A stretch of 64,000 nucleotides of DNA, taken from the NCBI GenBank assembly GCA_039811185.1, contig JBDHYF010000001.1, positions 34,458 through 98,457 on the forward strand, given 5' to 3'. Origin of the DNA: Chitinophagaceae bacterium. Its GTDB lineage: Bacteria; Bacteroidota; Bacteroidia; Chitinophagales; Chitinophagaceae. The notes under the pieces were generated by a model. That model was not told the origin of the DNA. It did no database searches and saw only the letters and a list, made by a program, of their open reading frames with translations. Both the position numbers and the translations under genes were made by a program. Each line of letters begins with the position of its first letter. Within the stretch, counting starts at the first letter, position 1. Positions 51,500-62,385 of the stretch are shown here, piece by piece.

Positions 51500-52488
51500 C
51501 TGAATTCAATCTCCGTATTATCACCAATATTTAAGCTGCGGCTTAGTCCTTTTACTGAAGCATCGCTTCCAATAAGGCTGTTATCGAGCACAACCTCGTT
51601 GATGTGTGTGTACGAACCGATGATGCTGTCGCGTACCGTTGAGTTCTGAATATCGGTATTTGGCCCAACCGATACATGCGGCCCGATGATGGAATTTTTT
51701 AACGTACAGCCGGCAGCAATACTTACCGGAGGAATAATGATGGAATTTTCCAGCCGCGCATGTTCAGAAACATTGCCTCCAAATTTCTTCATGAGGGTGG
51801 AATGGCTTTCGAGCAGCGTTTCTTTCTTCCCGCAATCGAACCAGGTCCGAACTTTAAAGGGCTTAAATTTAGCACCGCGGCTAATCATACATTGCAGTGC
51901 ATCGGTTAAATTATATTCACCGTGGCTGGTAATATTTTGAATGAAAATATGCTGCAAACACTCAAACAAAAAACCGGTTTCTTTAATCTTGTATAATCCA
52001 ACAAGCGCCATATTGCTTTTGGGAATAGATGGCTTTTCAACCACCTGTTCAATAAAGTCGTCTTCGTTAATGATGGCCACTCCGAAGTTGCGCGGGTCAT
52101 CAACCTTTTTTACACCCAACATGCTGTAGGGGCTTTCCACCACTTCTTTTAAATCGTATTCGCAAATCGTATCGCCCAACACCACAAACACCTCATCGTT
52201 GCCAACCAGTGTTTTCGTTAACTCGATGGCATGCCCGGTTCCCTGACGCTCGTTTTGGTAAACAAAATGACAGGTAACATCGGGATAAGTTTGCTTCACA
52301 TATTCGAGAATTTTTTCGCCCATGTAACCGACGATGAAAATAAACTCCTGAATGCCCGCCTCTCTAAGCTGATCAACGATAAAACTTAAAATGGTTTTTC
52401 CGGCAACGGGAATTAACGCTTTAGGTTGTGTATAGGTATGCGGGCGAAGCTTGGCACCGGCGCCTGCAACAGGGATAATTGCCTTCAT
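51496..52488 (-). CDS. Sugar-phosphate nucleotidyltransferase with C-terminal left-handed beta-helix
   Basis: MKAIIPVAGAGAKLRPHTYTQPKALIPVAGK is a GxGxR NTP-transferase motif, and hexapeptide repeats occur near the C-terminus. Confidence 0.8.
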   Translation of the reverse strand: MKAIIPVAGAGAKLRPHTYTQPKALIPVAGKTILSFIVDQLREAGIQEFIFIVGYMGEKILEYVKQTYPDVTCHFVYQNERQGTGHAIELTKTLVGNDEVFVVLGDTICEYDLKEVVESPYSMLGVKKVDDPRNFGVAIINEDDFIEQVVEKPSIPKSNMALVGLYKIKETGFLFECLQHIFIQNITSHGEYNLTDALQCMISRGAKFKPFKVRTWFDCGKKETLLESHSTLMKKFGGNVSEHARLENSIIIPPVSIAAGCTLKNSIIGPHVSVGPNTDIQNSTVRDSIIGSYTHINEVVLDNSLIGSDASVKGLSRSLNIGDNTEIEFS

Positions 52489-52620
52489 GTAAACAATGTT
52501 TGTTAACCTTGAAAATTCTTTAAAGCGAGAGACAAATGTAGGGAAATGATAGGTTAGTAAAGGTTAAGTTATGCTGCTCCAACAGCGTAAAACGTTAAAG
52601 GTTGTTGATGCCTAAAGCCA

Positions 52621-52628
52621 TACTTTTG
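52621..52628 (+). promoter_or_regulatory. -7 box TACTTTTG upstream of glyA
   Basis: Exact match 14 nt upstream of ATG 52643. TTG triplets at 52602-52607 could serve as the -33 element. Confidence 0.5.
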
Positions 52629-52642
52629 CACAAATTTTTTGT

Positions 52643-53923
52643 ATGCAAAAAGATAAGCTTGTTTTTAATTTGATACACCAGGAACTGGAACGCCAACGGC
52701 ATGGTATTGAATTAATTGCTTCTGAAAATTTTACCAGTATAGAAGTAATGCAGGCAATGGGCAGTGTGCTTACCAACAAGTATGCTGAAGGCTATCCCGG
52801 CAAACGATATTATGGTGGTTGCGAAGTGGTTGACCAAACCGAACAACTTGCCATTGACCGGCTGAAGCAGATTTTTAATATAGAATATGCCAATGTTCAA
52901 CCGCACAGCGGCGCACAGGCAAACGCAGCAGTGATGCTTGCATTGCTGCAACCCGGAGATGCCATTTTAGGACTCGATCTTAGCATGGGTGGCCACTTAA
53001 CGCATGGTTCGCCGGTTAACTTCAGTGGAAAGTTATATCAGCCACACTTCTATGGCGTTAAAAAAGAAGACGGCACAGTTGACTATGATATGCTTGAAGC
53101 AAAAGCAAAAGAAGTAAAGCCTAAACTGATTATTTGCGGCGCGAGTGCCTACAGTCGCGATTGGGATTATGAGCGCATTCGCAGCGTTGCGGACCAGGTG
53201 AACGCCCTTGTGATGGCAGATATTGCGCACCCCGCCGGCCTTATAGCAAAGGGGCTTTTAAATTCTCCCTTCCCACATTGTCATGTGGTTACTTCCACCA
53301 CACACAAAACACTTCGGGGACCGAGAGGCGGCATTATTATGATGCAGAAGGATTTCGAAAATCCGTTTGGGCTGAAAGATATGAAGGGCAACATCCGTAT
53401 GATGAGCCACGTGTTGGATATGGCAGTTTTTCCCGGAACACAAGGCGGCCCGCTCGAGCATATCATTGCCGCAAAAGCTGTTGCGTTCGGCGAAATCCTT
53501 ACCGACGAATACACAGCGTACGCCAAACAAATTATTGTGAATGCACAATCGATGGCGAAAGCATTTATACAAAGAGGATATAACATTACCAGCAATGGAA
53601 CCGACAATCATTTAATGCTGATTGACCTGCGCAACAAAAACATCTCCGGTAAAAAAGCCGAAAACGTACTGGTAAAAGCCGATATTACTGCAAACAAAAA
53701 CATGGTGCCTTTCGATGATAAGTCGGCCTTCATCACTTCAGGAATCCGCTTCGGGGTAGCAGCTATCACAACACGCGGAATGAAAGAATCCGACATGGAA
53801 TTTATTGTTGAGGCGATTGACCGTGCATTGATGAACAGCGATAACGAAGAAATCATTGCAAACGTGAAGCGCGATGTAAATAACTTTATGAAGCAATTCC
53901 CTTTATATCCAGAATTAGGTTAA
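52643..53923 (+). CDS. glyA: Serine hydroxymethyltransferase
   Basis: Blocks present: [10 protein letters not shown] and [12 protein letters not shown] with the PLP lysine. Confidence 0.95.
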   Translation: MQKDKLVFNLIHQELERQRHGIELIASENFTSIEVMQAMGSVLTNKYAEGYPGKRYYGGCEVVDQTEQLAIDRLKQIFNIEYANVQPHSGAQANAAVMLALLQPGDAILGLDLSMGGHLTHGSPVNFSGKLYQPHFYGVKKEDGTVDYDMLEAKAKEVKPKLIICGASAYSRDWDYERIRSVADQVNALVMADIAHPAGLIAKGLLNSPFPHCHVVTSTTHKTLRGPRGGIIMMQKDFENPFGLKDMKGNIRMMSHVLDMAVFPGTQGGPLEHIIAAKAVAFGEILTDEYTAYAKQIIVNAQSMAKAFIQRGYNITSNGTDNHLMLIDLRNKNISGKKAENVLVKADITANKNMVPFDDKSAFITSGIRFGVAAITTRGMKESDMEFIVEAIDRALMNSDNEEIIANVKRDVNNFMKQFPLYPELG

Positions 53924-53944
53924 AAGAAAAATGCCATCGTTTTT

Positions 53945-54379
53945 ATGATACAAAGAATTCAAACATTATGGCTGCTTATTGTTGCAGCGCTCAGTTTTTT
54001 AAGCCTCAAGCTGCCTTTTTATGCAGGCAACAAAGTCGTCTTCCCCGACTCGCCGGCCGTACATCAAGAGCTAACGGCAGCCTCTGCGGATAATTTGTTG
54101 TTACTGATTTCAGTGGTGGCCGTGGGGCTGCTTTCGGCGATTACAGTCTTTCTTTTTAAACAGAGAAAAACACAACTAAAGCTGATCTTGGTTTCGTTTA
54201 TACTCAGCGTTGCCAACATTGTCATGTTTATAATGGAATCGCAGAAGTTTGTGCACCACGAAGGCAACTATTCGCTCACCTCTGTATTTGTTTTTTTGCC
54301 GCCGGTGTTTTTAATGATGGCGGCCAACGGAATATACCGCGATGAAAAACTGATTAAGAGTATGGACAGATTACGATAA
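53945..54379 (+). CDS. DUF4293-like membrane protein
   Basis: MIQRIQTLWLLI start and four TM helices, a Bacteroidota-typical family. Confidence 0.65.
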   Translation: MIQRIQTLWLLIVAALSFLSLKLPFYAGNKVVFPDSPAVHQELTAASADNLLLLISVVAVGLLSAITVFLFKQRKTQLKLILVSFILSVANIVMFIMESQKFVHHEGNYSLTSVFVFLPPVFLMMAANGIYRDEKLIKSMDRLR

Positions 54380-54384
54380 GAAGG

Positions 54385-54417
54385 ATGCCGGTGAATGTTT
54401 CATCGGCATTCTTTATT
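54385..54417. terminator. Terminator between the convergent DUF4293 gene and murF
   Basis: 10-bp stem ATGCCGGTGA/TCATCGGCAT (one G-U pair) with loop ATGTT, followed by TCTTTATT. Confidence 0.6.
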
Positions 54418-55690
54418 GCAGCACTTTTTCCATCTGCATGCTGCGCGATCCTTTAATTAAAATGCTCGCTCCGTTAAACCCTTGTTGTTGCAACCATTGC
54501 GCTGCCTGATCAACAGTGTCGAAGTAGGAAAACTGATGATGGGTATATTTGAAATCGCCGCCAACAAGCACAACATCGCTCCACGTATGAGAAGCAATCA
54601 GTGATACGATGTTTTGATGCTCTTCCACACTGAATTCGCCGAGTTCCATCATTGCGCCGAGGATTAAAACCTTCTTTTCGGACTTAAAGTTTTTAAAATT
54701 TTCAATGGCCACCCTCATACTGCTCGGGTTGGCATTGTAGGCATCGAGAACAATTTTGTTTCCTTTCCACTCCATCAATTGCGACCGGCTGTTTGAGGGC
54801 GTGTACTGTTCGAGGCTTGATTGAATATCCAAATCTTTCACGCCAAAAAACTTTCCGATTGCAGCCGCTGCAAGCACATTGCTGAGGTTATAGTCACCCA
54901 CAAGTTTGGTGTTGATGAGCTTCACGTTTAAGCCGCTGCCGACAACTACCTGCAACATTCCGTTAGTGTTGCTGCTGTGGCCGGTTAGGAGGCCATTCCG
55001 GGTGCCAAACCATATCACGCGCTGAATTCCGTTTGTTAGCTGGTGCATATAATCGTAATCGTCGTATGCAAACGCAACGCCTTGTGTTTGTCGCAAAAAA
55101 TCCATCAGCTCACCTTTTCCTTTTCTCACGCCTTCTTCGCCTCCAAAGCCCTCAAGATGCGCTTTTCCGCAGTTGGTAATCAGGCCGTGTGTTGGCAATA
55201 CATAACTGCAATAACTTTCTATTTCTTTCTGGTGGTTAGCGCCCATTTCCACAACTGCCATTTGTGCGTCGGGTTTTATGGCGAGCAGTGTAAGTGGAAT
55301 GCCGATGTGATTGTTGAGATTTCCTTTGGTAGTATAAGTGGTGAAAGAAGAAGACAGCACCGCGTGCACCAGTTCTTTGGTTGTTGTTTTTCCGTTGCTC
55401 CCCGTGATAGCGATAAAGGGGATATTGAACCGAAGGCGATGATGACGGGCAAGCTGCTGTAAGGTTGTAAGTGCGTCACTCACCCTGAAAACGCGGTTGT
55501 CTGTTAAGGGAATATCTTCATCTACCACAACAAAGGATGCACCCTTTTCAAGCGCCTGGACGGCAAAATGGTTCCCGTTAAAACGATCGCCTTTCAGCGC
55601 GAAATAAATAACGCCGGGGCGCACTTTACGCGAGTCGGTTTCTACGCCTTCACTTTTTAGAAAGTGCTGATATAAAGCTTCAATCTGCAC
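54413..55690 (-). CDS. murF: UDP-N-acetylmuramoyl-tripeptide--D-alanyl-D-alanine ligase
   Basis: GTG start, ITGSNGKTTTKE P-loop, and Mur ligase middle and C-terminal domains. Confidence 0.9.
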   Translation of the reverse strand: MQIEALYQHFLKSEGVETDSRKVRPGVIYFALKGDRFNGNHFAVQALEKGASFVVVDEDIPLTDNRVFRVSDALTTLQQLARHHRLRFNIPFIAITGSNGKTTTKELVHAVLSSSFTTYTTKGNLNNHIGIPLTLLAIKPDAQMAVVEMGANHQKEIESYCSYVLPTHGLITNCGKAHLEGFGGEEGVRKGKGELMDFLRQTQGVAFAYDDYDYMHQLTNGIQRVIWFGTRNGLLTGHSSNTNGMLQVVVGSGLNVKLINTKLVGDYNLSNVLAAAAIGKFFGVKDLDIQSSLEQYTPSNSRSQLMEWKGNKIVLDAYNANPSSMRVAIENFKNFKSEKKVLILGAMMELGEFSVEEHQNIVSLIASHTWSDVVLVGGDFKYTHHQFSYFDTVDQAAQWLQQQGFNGASILIKGSRSMQMEKVLQ

Positions 55691-55741
55691 ACAAAATTTT
55701 CAGCTAATTAAAGCAATCGCTCTCAATAAAAAAAGAAATGA

Positions 55742-57109
55742 CTAGCGGTTGCCGGAAACGGATGCACGTTTCCATTCTTTCAAATTTTCGCAACCGTCGA
55801 AGTCGTGGTCGAGCTGAATGTAAAAGCTGTTCATCTTGTCTTTAAACCATTTCTCCAGTGCAATTTGCTTCTTCTCCTCAAGGGCTTTTTCCGCTATGCG
55901 ATTGTAATCGTCTTTCATATTCAACCGGTGCGGTTCGGTTTTTGAATTGATTACCGCAAGACGAACCGCTTTCCGTCCGCGCTCATCGGTAAACTCCATT
56001 GGCGCCGACACTTCCTGCACCTTCAAATTTTTTAACTGCACCACCATGTCTTTGTCCAACTCATCAATATTCAAATAAGTGGAGCCCTGCCGGTCCATAA
56101 GGCGGCCGCCGCTGAACTTGCTGTTCTCGTCTTCGCTATATTTATTCACGGCTTCGTTAAACGTGATGCGGTTAGCGATAATATCTTTTCTAACAGAATC
56201 TAATTTTGCTTTCGCTGTATTCACCTCGTCATTTGTGATGGATGGAATGATGAGAATATGTCGTACTACAGCGTCGTCGCCGGCGCGGCTAACCATTTGA
56301 ATGATATGGTATCCGAATTTAGATTTCACTACATTCGACACCTGCCCTTCCTTTAAGCGGAACGCCGTGGATATAAATACCGGATCCCAGTTTTTATCGT
56401 TGCGGTTAATGCTGTACTGCCCGCCATTTTCTTTGCTTCCCGGATCCTGCGACCAAAGTTTTGCAAGCTGATCAAATTTCTTGCTTCCGTTTTCCACCTG
56501 ACGCTTTAACTCATACATTTGTTTCACCACATAATCTTCTACATCCTTATGCGCTTTCGGATAAAGAACAATCTGGCTAACCTCGAGTTCGCTTTCATAA
56601 AACGGTAAGCTGTCTTTCGGTATTTTATCGAAAAAGCCTTTCACTTCAGAAGGCGTTACCTTAATGTTTTCAAGAATTTTATTGCGCATTTGGTCGGCGA
56701 GCTTCCTTTCTTTAAACGGTTCGCGAAAATCTTCTTTCAGTTTATAGATGCTTTTGCCGGCAATTTCTTCCACCACTTCTTTAGAACCATACATGCCGAT
56801 AAAGCCACGGATTTGGTTATCGAGTAAGGCGTCGAGTTCATCATCGCTAACGGTTAAGGAATCCTTGTTAGCCTGAATCACCAACGCTTTTTGTATAAGC
56901 TGGCTTTCGAGCATCATACATTCAGGATTGGGAGGAAGCTGATTTTCGGCGCCTTGCCTTTTATAATCGGCAATGGCGTTGTAGATGTCGGAATGCAGAA
57001 TAATTTTATCGCCCACTTTTGCAATAATTTTATCCGCCACCACTTTCTGCTCCTGCGCAAACGAAGTAGCCATCCACATTACCGCTATAAAAGAGAAAAA
57101 GATTTTCAT
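55742..57109 (-). CDS. SurA-like periplasmic peptidyl-prolyl isomerase (parvulin domain)
   Basis: Signal peptide, a SurA N-domain-like region, and the parvulin core (SKFGYHIIQM). Confidence 0.85.
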   Translation of the reverse strand: MKIFFSFIAVMWMATSFAQEQKVVADKIIAKVGDKIILHSDIYNAIADYKRQGAENQLPPNPECMMLESQLIQKALVIQANKDSLTVSDDELDALLDNQIRGFIGMYGSKEVVEEIAGKSIYKLKEDFREPFKERKLADQMRNKILENIKVTPSEVKGFFDKIPKDSLPFYESELEVSQIVLYPKAHKDVEDYVVKQMYELKRQVENGSKKFDQLAKLWSQDPGSKENGGQYSINRNDKNWDPVFISTAFRLKEGQVSNVVKSKFGYHIIQMVSRAGDDAVVRHILIIPSITNDEVNTAKAKLDSVRKDIIANRITFNEAVNKYSEDENSKFSGGRLMDRQGSTYLNIDELDKDMVVQLKNLKVQEVSAPMEFTDERGRKAVRLAVINSKTEPHRLNMKDDYNRIAEKALEEKKQIALEKWFKDKMNSFYIQLDHDFDGCENLKEWKRASVSGNR

Positions 57110-57128
57110 GTTTATAATTAAAGATTTT

Positions 57129-57136
57129 CAAAAGTA
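57129..57136 (-). promoter_or_regulatory. -7 box TACTTTTG upstream of the SurA-like PPIase
   Basis: Exact match on the minus strand, 19 nt upstream of ATG 57109. Confidence 0.45.
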
Positions 57137-57189
57137 GCAGATTAAAAATTCGATTTTTAACCGCCGTGGTTTTTAACAAAGCCTATACA

Positions 57190-57227
57190 CAAAAAAGTTC
57201 GGCAGCGCCAACTGCACTACCGAACTC
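57190..57227 (-). terminator. Rho-independent terminator after infB
   Basis: AGTTCGGCAG/CTACCGAACT stem (9 of 10 pairs). On the minus strand it is followed by a T6 run. Confidence 0.65.
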
Positions 57228-57247
57228 GTTGATAATGTTTAGCCCAT

Positions 57248-60181
57248 TTATAAAGTGCGTTTTATTTCTTCTATCTCGAAGGCTTCGATGATATCGCCTA
57301 CTTTAATATCGCTGTAGTTTTTAACGGTTAAACCGCATTCCATACCAGCCACCACTTCTTTTACGTCGTCTTTATACCGTTTTAAAGAACCGAGTTCGGC
57401 CGAATGGTTTTCGCCTTTAGGATACTCAACAATACCATCACGGATAATCCTGATTTTATTGTTACGGTTAATTTTTCCGTCCAGCACATAACAACCTGCA
57501 ACGCTGGCTTTATCAAATTTAAACACCTCACGCACTTCCACATTGGCCACAATTTTCTCTTTAAACTTCGGCTCAAGCATTCCTTCCATAGCGCTCTTAA
57601 TTTCATCGATAACGCTATAGATGATGGAGTAGGTTTTAATTTCAACGCCCTCATCTTCTGCAAGTCTGCTGGCCTGGGCCGAGGGCCGCACGTTAAAGCC
57701 TACAATGATAGCGTCGGAAGCGGTGGCAAGCAACACATCACTTTCGGAAATCTGGCCTACTGCTTTATGCACTACGTTTACAATGATTTCTTCTGTAGAA
57801 AGTTTTTGCAGCGAATCGCTTAATGCTTCCACAGAGCCATCCACATCACCTTTAATAATCAGATTCAGTTCTTTAAAGTTTCCGAGTGCAAGGCGGCGTC
57901 CAATCTCGTCGAGGGTAATATGTTTTCTTGCTCTCAGGCCTTGCTCGCGCAGGATTTGTGCCCGTTTGGTTGCAATATCTTTTGCTTCAGATTCTTCGAG
58001 ATACATTTTAAATTTCTCACCTGCCTGAGGAGCTCCGTTTAAGCCAAGAATTTGAACGGGGGTAGATGGAGGCGCTTCAGAGACGCGCTTGTTTCTTTCG
58101 TTAAACATGGCTTTTACACGGCCGTAATGCTGACCGGCTACGATGAGATCGCCCTGACGGAGTGTGCCGTTTTGTACGATGGCCGTAGCCACATAGCCGC
58201 GACCTTTATCGAGAGAGGCTTCAATGATGGAACCGGTAGCTTCGCGATTCGGATTGGCTTTCAGGTCGAGCAGTTCTGCTTCTAAAAGAATTTTTTCGAG
58301 CAAAAGATCTACGTTCAGTCCTTTTTTTGCAGAAAGTTCCTGGCTTTGAAATTTACCACCCCAGCTCTCTACCAAAATATTCATTCCGGCGAGTTGCTCG
58401 TAAATTTTCTGCGGATTGGCTGTTTCTTTATCTATTTTATTTAACGCAAAAATCATGGGCACGCCGGCAGCCTGTGCGTGGCTGATGGCTTCTTTCGTTT
58501 GCGGCATCACCGCGTCGTCGGCTGCTACCACAATTACGGCGATGTCAGTAATTTTTGCACCTCTTGCCCTCATGGCTGTAAAGGCTTCGTGACCCGGCGT
58601 ATCGAGGAAAGTAATTTTTTTACCGTTTGGCAAACGCACTTCGTAGGCACCGATGTGCTGCGTAATACCACCCGCTTCACCGGTTACTACGCTTGCATTA
58701 CGGATGTAATCGAGCAAAGAAGTTTTACCGTGGTCAACGTGTCCCATAATGGTAACAATGGGCGCCCGCGTTTCCAGGTTGGCCTCATCGTCTTCTATCA
58801 AATCGTCTTCCAACTCGGCGTCGTCTATGTTCGTAAACTCTACTTCAAATCCAAATTCACCGGCAACGAGTTCGATCACTTCGGCGTCGAGCCTTTGGTT
58901 AATCGACACCATGATGCCGAGGTTCATACATTTACTGATCACTTCAGCAAAGCTTACGTCCATTAAGTTAGCCAGCTCGCTCACGGTTACAAATTCTGTA
59001 ACCATTAGCTTCTGATCGGTGTTGAGTTCGTTTTCAACCGTATCACTTTTACGATCGCGGCGTTTGGAGCGTCCGCTTTTTCCTCTTCCACCGCCGCCGG
59101 CGAGTTTCGCCTGCGTTTCTTTAATACGCTGTTGTATTTCCTGCTGATCAATTTCTCTGTCGGCCGGTCTTTTATCGTCGGGTCGTCTTCTGTCGTTTCT
59201 TCTGTTTCCTGCTGCGCCCGGCCTGTTAGTACCTCCGGGGCCTCTTTGTCCGCCCATTGTACCGCCTGTTCTTCCGCGGTTATCGGTACGCTGACCGGCG
59301 CCGCTTTGCGGTGTTTGAGCAGATTTTTTCTCTATCGGAATCCGTTTTCTTTTCCGTCTTTCTTCCTGGGGTTTTGGACGTGTATCCGGATTGGTGGGCA
59401 GTTCTATTTTACCCAAAATTTTCGGGCCTTCGAGTTTTTCTGCTTTGATATTTTCGATTACAGGAGGTCCGGCTTGTTCAGGTGCTTCTTCCGGCGCCGG
59501 CTCAACGGGCGATGCCGGTTGAGGCGCTTCTGTTTTTTCATTAGCGGTCTGCGGTTGTTCTTCCGCTTTGGTTGCTTTTTTCTTCACCGTTTTTTTAGGA
59601 CGCGTGGAAGAATCGATGGTATCGATATCTATTTTCTTAAGCACTTTGGGCTTTTCCACCTCGGGTGCATCTACCTTAAATGGCTCCGGCTCCGCCGGTG
59701 TTTCAGGTGCTTTGGCTGACTCAGACGTCGACAGTTCTTCTGTCGGTTGTACGGGCGCGGTGTCGGCTTTCAGTTCCGCAGCCTGCTCCGGAGTTTTCGG
59801 TTGCTCTTCAGCGGTAGCAGCGGGCTGCACGGCAGCAACTTCGGCTTCGGGTGCAGGCGCTTCGGGTGCTTCAACCTTAGGCTCCTCTTTAAACACAGAC
59901 TTTTTATCGTCTTTCTTAAAGGTTATTTCCTCATCCTCCTTCCGTTTCTTCTCCACTACCGAACCCTTCGGAATTTCAATTTGGTCGGCGCGGTTCTTGG
60001 CAACTTTATCGCTTTGAAACTCGCGCTGCAGCGCATTATACATTTCGGCCGACAATTTTGCGGTAGGTTTTAAGTCGTCTTTACTAAACCCTTTCCCCAC
60101 AAGAAAGTCGATCAATGTTTCCTGCCCAATATTAAATTCTTTTGCGGCTCCTAATAACCTTGGTAATTTCAATTCTGACAT
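57248..60181 (-). CDS. infB: Translation initiation factor IF-2
   Basis: [12 protein letters not shown] and DTPGHEAF G-domain, with a long low-complexity P/E/A/K N-terminal region. Confidence 0.97.
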   Translation of the reverse strand: MSELKLPRLLGAAKEFNIGQETLIDFLVGKGFSKDDLKPTAKLSAEMYNALQREFQSDKVAKNRADQIEIPKGSVVEKKRKEDEEITFKKDDKKSVFKEEPKVEAPEAPAPEAEVAAVQPAATAEEQPKTPEQAAELKADTAPVQPTEELSTSESAKAPETPAEPEPFKVDAPEVEKPKVLKKIDIDTIDSSTRPKKTVKKKATKAEEQPQTANEKTEAPQPASPVEPAPEEAPEQAGPPVIENIKAEKLEGPKILGKIELPTNPDTRPKPQEERRKRKRIPIEKKSAQTPQSGAGQRTDNRGRTGGTMGGQRGPGGTNRPGAAGNRRNDRRRPDDKRPADREIDQQEIQQRIKETQAKLAGGGGRGKSGRSKRRDRKSDTVENELNTDQKLMVTEFVTVSELANLMDVSFAEVISKCMNLGIMVSINQRLDAEVIELVAGEFGFEVEFTNIDDAELEDDLIEDDEANLETRAPIVTIMGHVDHGKTSLLDYIRNASVVTGEAGGITQHIGAYEVRLPNGKKITFLDTPGHEAFTAMRARGAKITDIAVIVVAADDAVMPQTKEAISHAQAAGVPMIFALNKIDKETANPQKIYEQLAGMNILVESWGGKFQSQELSAKKGLNVDLLLEKILLEAELLDLKANPNREATGSIIEASLDKGRGYVATAIVQNGTLRQGDLIVAGQHYGRVKAMFNERNKRVSEAPPSTPVQILGLNGAPQAGEKFKMYLEESEAKDIATKRAQILREQGLRARKHITLDEIGRRLALGNFKELNLIIKGDVDGSVEALSDSLQKLSTEEIIVNVVHKAVGQISESDVLLATASDAIIVGFNVRPSAQASRLAEDEGVEIKTYSIIYSVIDEIKSAMEGMLEPKFKEKIVANVEVREVFKFDKASVAGCYVLDGKINRNNKIRIIRDGIVEYPKGENHSAELGSLKRYKDDVKEVVAGMECGLTVKNYSDIKVGDIIEAFEIEEIKRTL

Positions 60182-60238
60182 TCAGTTCTTTTATTTGTGT
60201 CCGGCAATAATCAACGCCGGGTTTTTCAAGCAGCGTGT

Positions 60239-61489
60239 TTAATCTTCGCGGTCAAACTCATCCTGCAATATTTTTCTTACGTCTCTGATAGTTTCGATTT
60301 CGAGATCTGTTCTTCTTTCCAACTCTTCTTCTGACAGATTTAAAATGCTCCGGCCGGTATCGCAGCCGATGCCTTTAAATTTCTCTATCACCCAGTCATC
60401 AATCTCATCGCTGAACTCTTCTATATCAATATCAAACTCCACTTCATTTTCTTCATTTTCGCGGTAAACGTCGATGTCGTAACCGGTTAACTCGCATGCA
60501 AGTTTAATATTTGTTCCTCTTCTTCCGATTGCAAGCGAAACCTGATCGGCCTTCAAATACACCTCAGCTTGTTTCTTTTCGTTATCGATATCCATGTAAC
60601 TGATTTTTGCCGGCGTCAGCGACCGCTGTATCAGCAATTGAAGGTTAGTGGTATAGTTGATAACATCGATGTTTTCACTTTTCAGTTCGCGCACAATTCC
60701 GTGGATGCGGCTTCCTTTCATACCCACGCAAGCGCCTACCGGGTCAATCCTATCGTCGTAGCTTTCTACGGCAACTTTTGCTCTTTCGCCCGGCTCTCTT
60801 ACAATCTTTTTAATGGTAATTAATCCGTCGAAGATTTCGGGCACTTCAATTTCAAGAAGTTTGCCTAAAAAGTCTTCGCTGGTGCGGCTCAGCACAATAA
60901 TAGGACTACCATTTCGCAAATCTACCTTTTTAATAACTGCTCTGACGGTTTCGCCTTTTTTAAACACATCCTGCGGTATTTGTTCGGATTTGGGAAGAAT
61001 TAATTCATTGCCTTCTTCATCGAGGAGCAACACTTCTTTTCTCCAAACCTGATACACTTCAGCGCTTACGATTTCGCCTACCCTGTCTTGATATTTTTTC
61101 AGCAATACATTCTTCTTCAGATCGCTGATGCGGCTGGCGAGTGTTTGCTTGGCGGCGAGCACGGCGCGGCGTCCAAAATCGAAAAGATTAATTTCCTGAT
61201 AAAGTTCTTCTCCCACCTCGAAGTCCGGTTCAATTTTAATTGCATCGCTGTATCCTATTTCGGAGAGTGGGTCCACCACTTCGCCATCTTCCACAATCAT
61301 CCGGCGGCGGAAGATTTCGAGGTCGCCTTTCTCTGCGTTCACAATTACATCGAAGTTCTGGTCGTCGCCAAATTTTTTGCGAAGAAGCGTTTTAAATACG
61401 TCTTCCACCACTTTCATTAACGTGGGGCGGTCTATATTTTCAGCATCTTTAAACTCCTGAAATGCTTCGATAAGATTTATACTTGCCAT
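60239..61489 (-). CDS. nusA: Transcription termination/antitermination factor NusA
   Basis: S1 and tandem KH domains (ACVGMKGSRI, LAIGRRGTNIKLA), with conserved rimP-nusA-infB order. Confidence 0.97.
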   Translation of the reverse strand: MASINLIEAFQEFKDAENIDRPTLMKVVEDVFKTLLRKKFGDDQNFDVIVNAEKGDLEIFRRRMIVEDGEVVDPLSEIGYSDAIKIEPDFEVGEELYQEINLFDFGRRAVLAAKQTLASRISDLKKNVLLKKYQDRVGEIVSAEVYQVWRKEVLLLDEEGNELILPKSEQIPQDVFKKGETVRAVIKKVDLRNGSPIIVLSRTSEDFLGKLLEIEVPEIFDGLITIKKIVREPGERAKVAVESYDDRIDPVGACVGMKGSRIHGIVRELKSENIDVINYTTNLQLLIQRSLTPAKISYMDIDNEKKQAEVYLKADQVSLAIGRRGTNIKLACELTGYDIDVYRENEENEVEFDIDIEEFSDEIDDWVIEKFKGIGCDTGRSILNLSEEELERRTDLEIETIRDVRKILQDEFDRED

Positions 61490-61522
61490 CTTATTTTATT
61501 TATATAAATGCGCTGATGCGCT

Positions 61523-61993
61523 TTAAAACTGAATTTGTACGGTAGTTGATTTTATATTTTCAAAAGCGATATCCACGTCTTTAACCTCTTTCTTTTTGCC
61601 TTTTCCTTCGGTTGTTTGCAGTTGTATGCCCGTTTCGTTAACAAGCATCAGTTTGCCTTCGACTGTTGTATCGTCGTTTAAAATTACTTCAACCAACCGG
61701 CCGGTATTTTTTACGTATTGCCTGTGTTGCTTCAGCGGTTCGTCGATGCCCGGCGATGATACCTCAAGCGAAAACTCACCCTCCGGAAAAAGCGCAGCCG
61801 CTTCAATTAATTTATACAACTCCCTATTAAACATTACACATTTTTCGATAGAGATACCCTGATCCCCATCTATAAAAACTTTAATGTTGTTGGTAGGTTT
61901 TATTTTCAGGTTTACACAAAAAAATTCCGGATAATCAGAAAGCATCTGCTGAACAATATCTTCAACCGGCTTTAGCTTGTTTTCTGTTGTCAT
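61523..61993 (-). CDS. rimP: Ribosome maturation factor RimP
   Basis: ATG 61993 gives an about 156 aa protein with the LEVSSPGIDEPL motif. The upstream 33 codons of the track ORF contain a terminator-like hairpin and were rejected. Confidence 0.9.
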   Translation of the reverse strand: MTTENKLKPVEDIVQQMLSDYPEFFCVNLKIKPTNNIKVFIDGDQGISIEKCVMFNRELYKLIEAAALFPEGEFSLEVSSPGIDEPLKQHRQYVKNTGRLVEVILNDDTTVEGKLMLVNETGIQLQTTEGKGKKKEVKDVDIAFENIKSTTVQIQF

Positions 61994-62016
61994 TGACCAA
62001 TTTACCTTTAGAATCT

Positions 62017-62050
62017 GAAAAACAGAAGGGAACGATATGCGTTCCCTTCT
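62017..62050 (-). promoter_or_regulatory. Intrinsic-terminator-like hairpin in the rimP leader (candidate attenuator)
   Basis: Perfect 11-bp stem AGAAGGGAACG/CGTTCCCTTCT (62024-62034 / 62040-62050) with a 5-nt loop, followed on the minus strand by GTTTTTC. It lies between the -7 box and the rimP ATG. Confidence 0.5.
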
Positions 62051-62069
62051 CTTAAACAATTTTCCGCTG

Positions 62070-62077
62070 CAAATGTA
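62070..62077 (-). promoter_or_regulatory. -7 box TACATTTG, candidate promoter of the rimP-nusA-infB operon
   Basis: Exact match on the minus strand, about 77 nt upstream of rimP ATG 61993 and upstream of the leader hairpin. Confidence 0.45.
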
Positions 62078-62133
62078 GGTATAATACCCCATTCAGTCCA
62101 AATTTTATATGCGCGCTTTTGCATTTCTCTAAG

Positions 62134-62385
62134 ATGGTTAGCCGCTATCTTTACGCCCTTATGTTCAAAATTCTGTTTACGTTTTTTGTGTTTTATCTGC
62201 TGTACAAGCTGGTGTTCGGATTTATTATTCCGATTTACAACAATACTCGCCACATGCGTCAGCAAATAAGAGATATGCAACAGCAGCAGCGCGATTATTA
62301 CCATCAGCAACAGCAAGCCGCCGCTCCTCCTAAAAAGGAAGCGGCTTTGAAAGACGATTACATTGACTTTGAAGAAATTAAGTAG
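62134..62385 (+). CDS. DUF4834-like small membrane protein
   Basis: One TM (ILFTFFVFYLLYKLVFGFII) followed by a Q-rich tail and a DDYIDFEEIK ending. The start is uncertain (TTG 62119, ATG 62134 or ATG 62161). Confidence 0.6.
   Translation: MVSRYLYALMFKILFTFFVFYLLYKLVFGFIIPIYNNTRHMRQQIRDMQQQQRDYYHQQQQAAAPPKKEAALKDDYIDFEEIK

Noticed and set aside
59132-60073. Several long plus-strand ORFs antisense to the infB 5' region
   Set aside because: These are shadow ORFs in the low-complexity Pro/Ala/Glu/Lys-coding part of IF-2. Their products are compositionally bizarre and have no start context.
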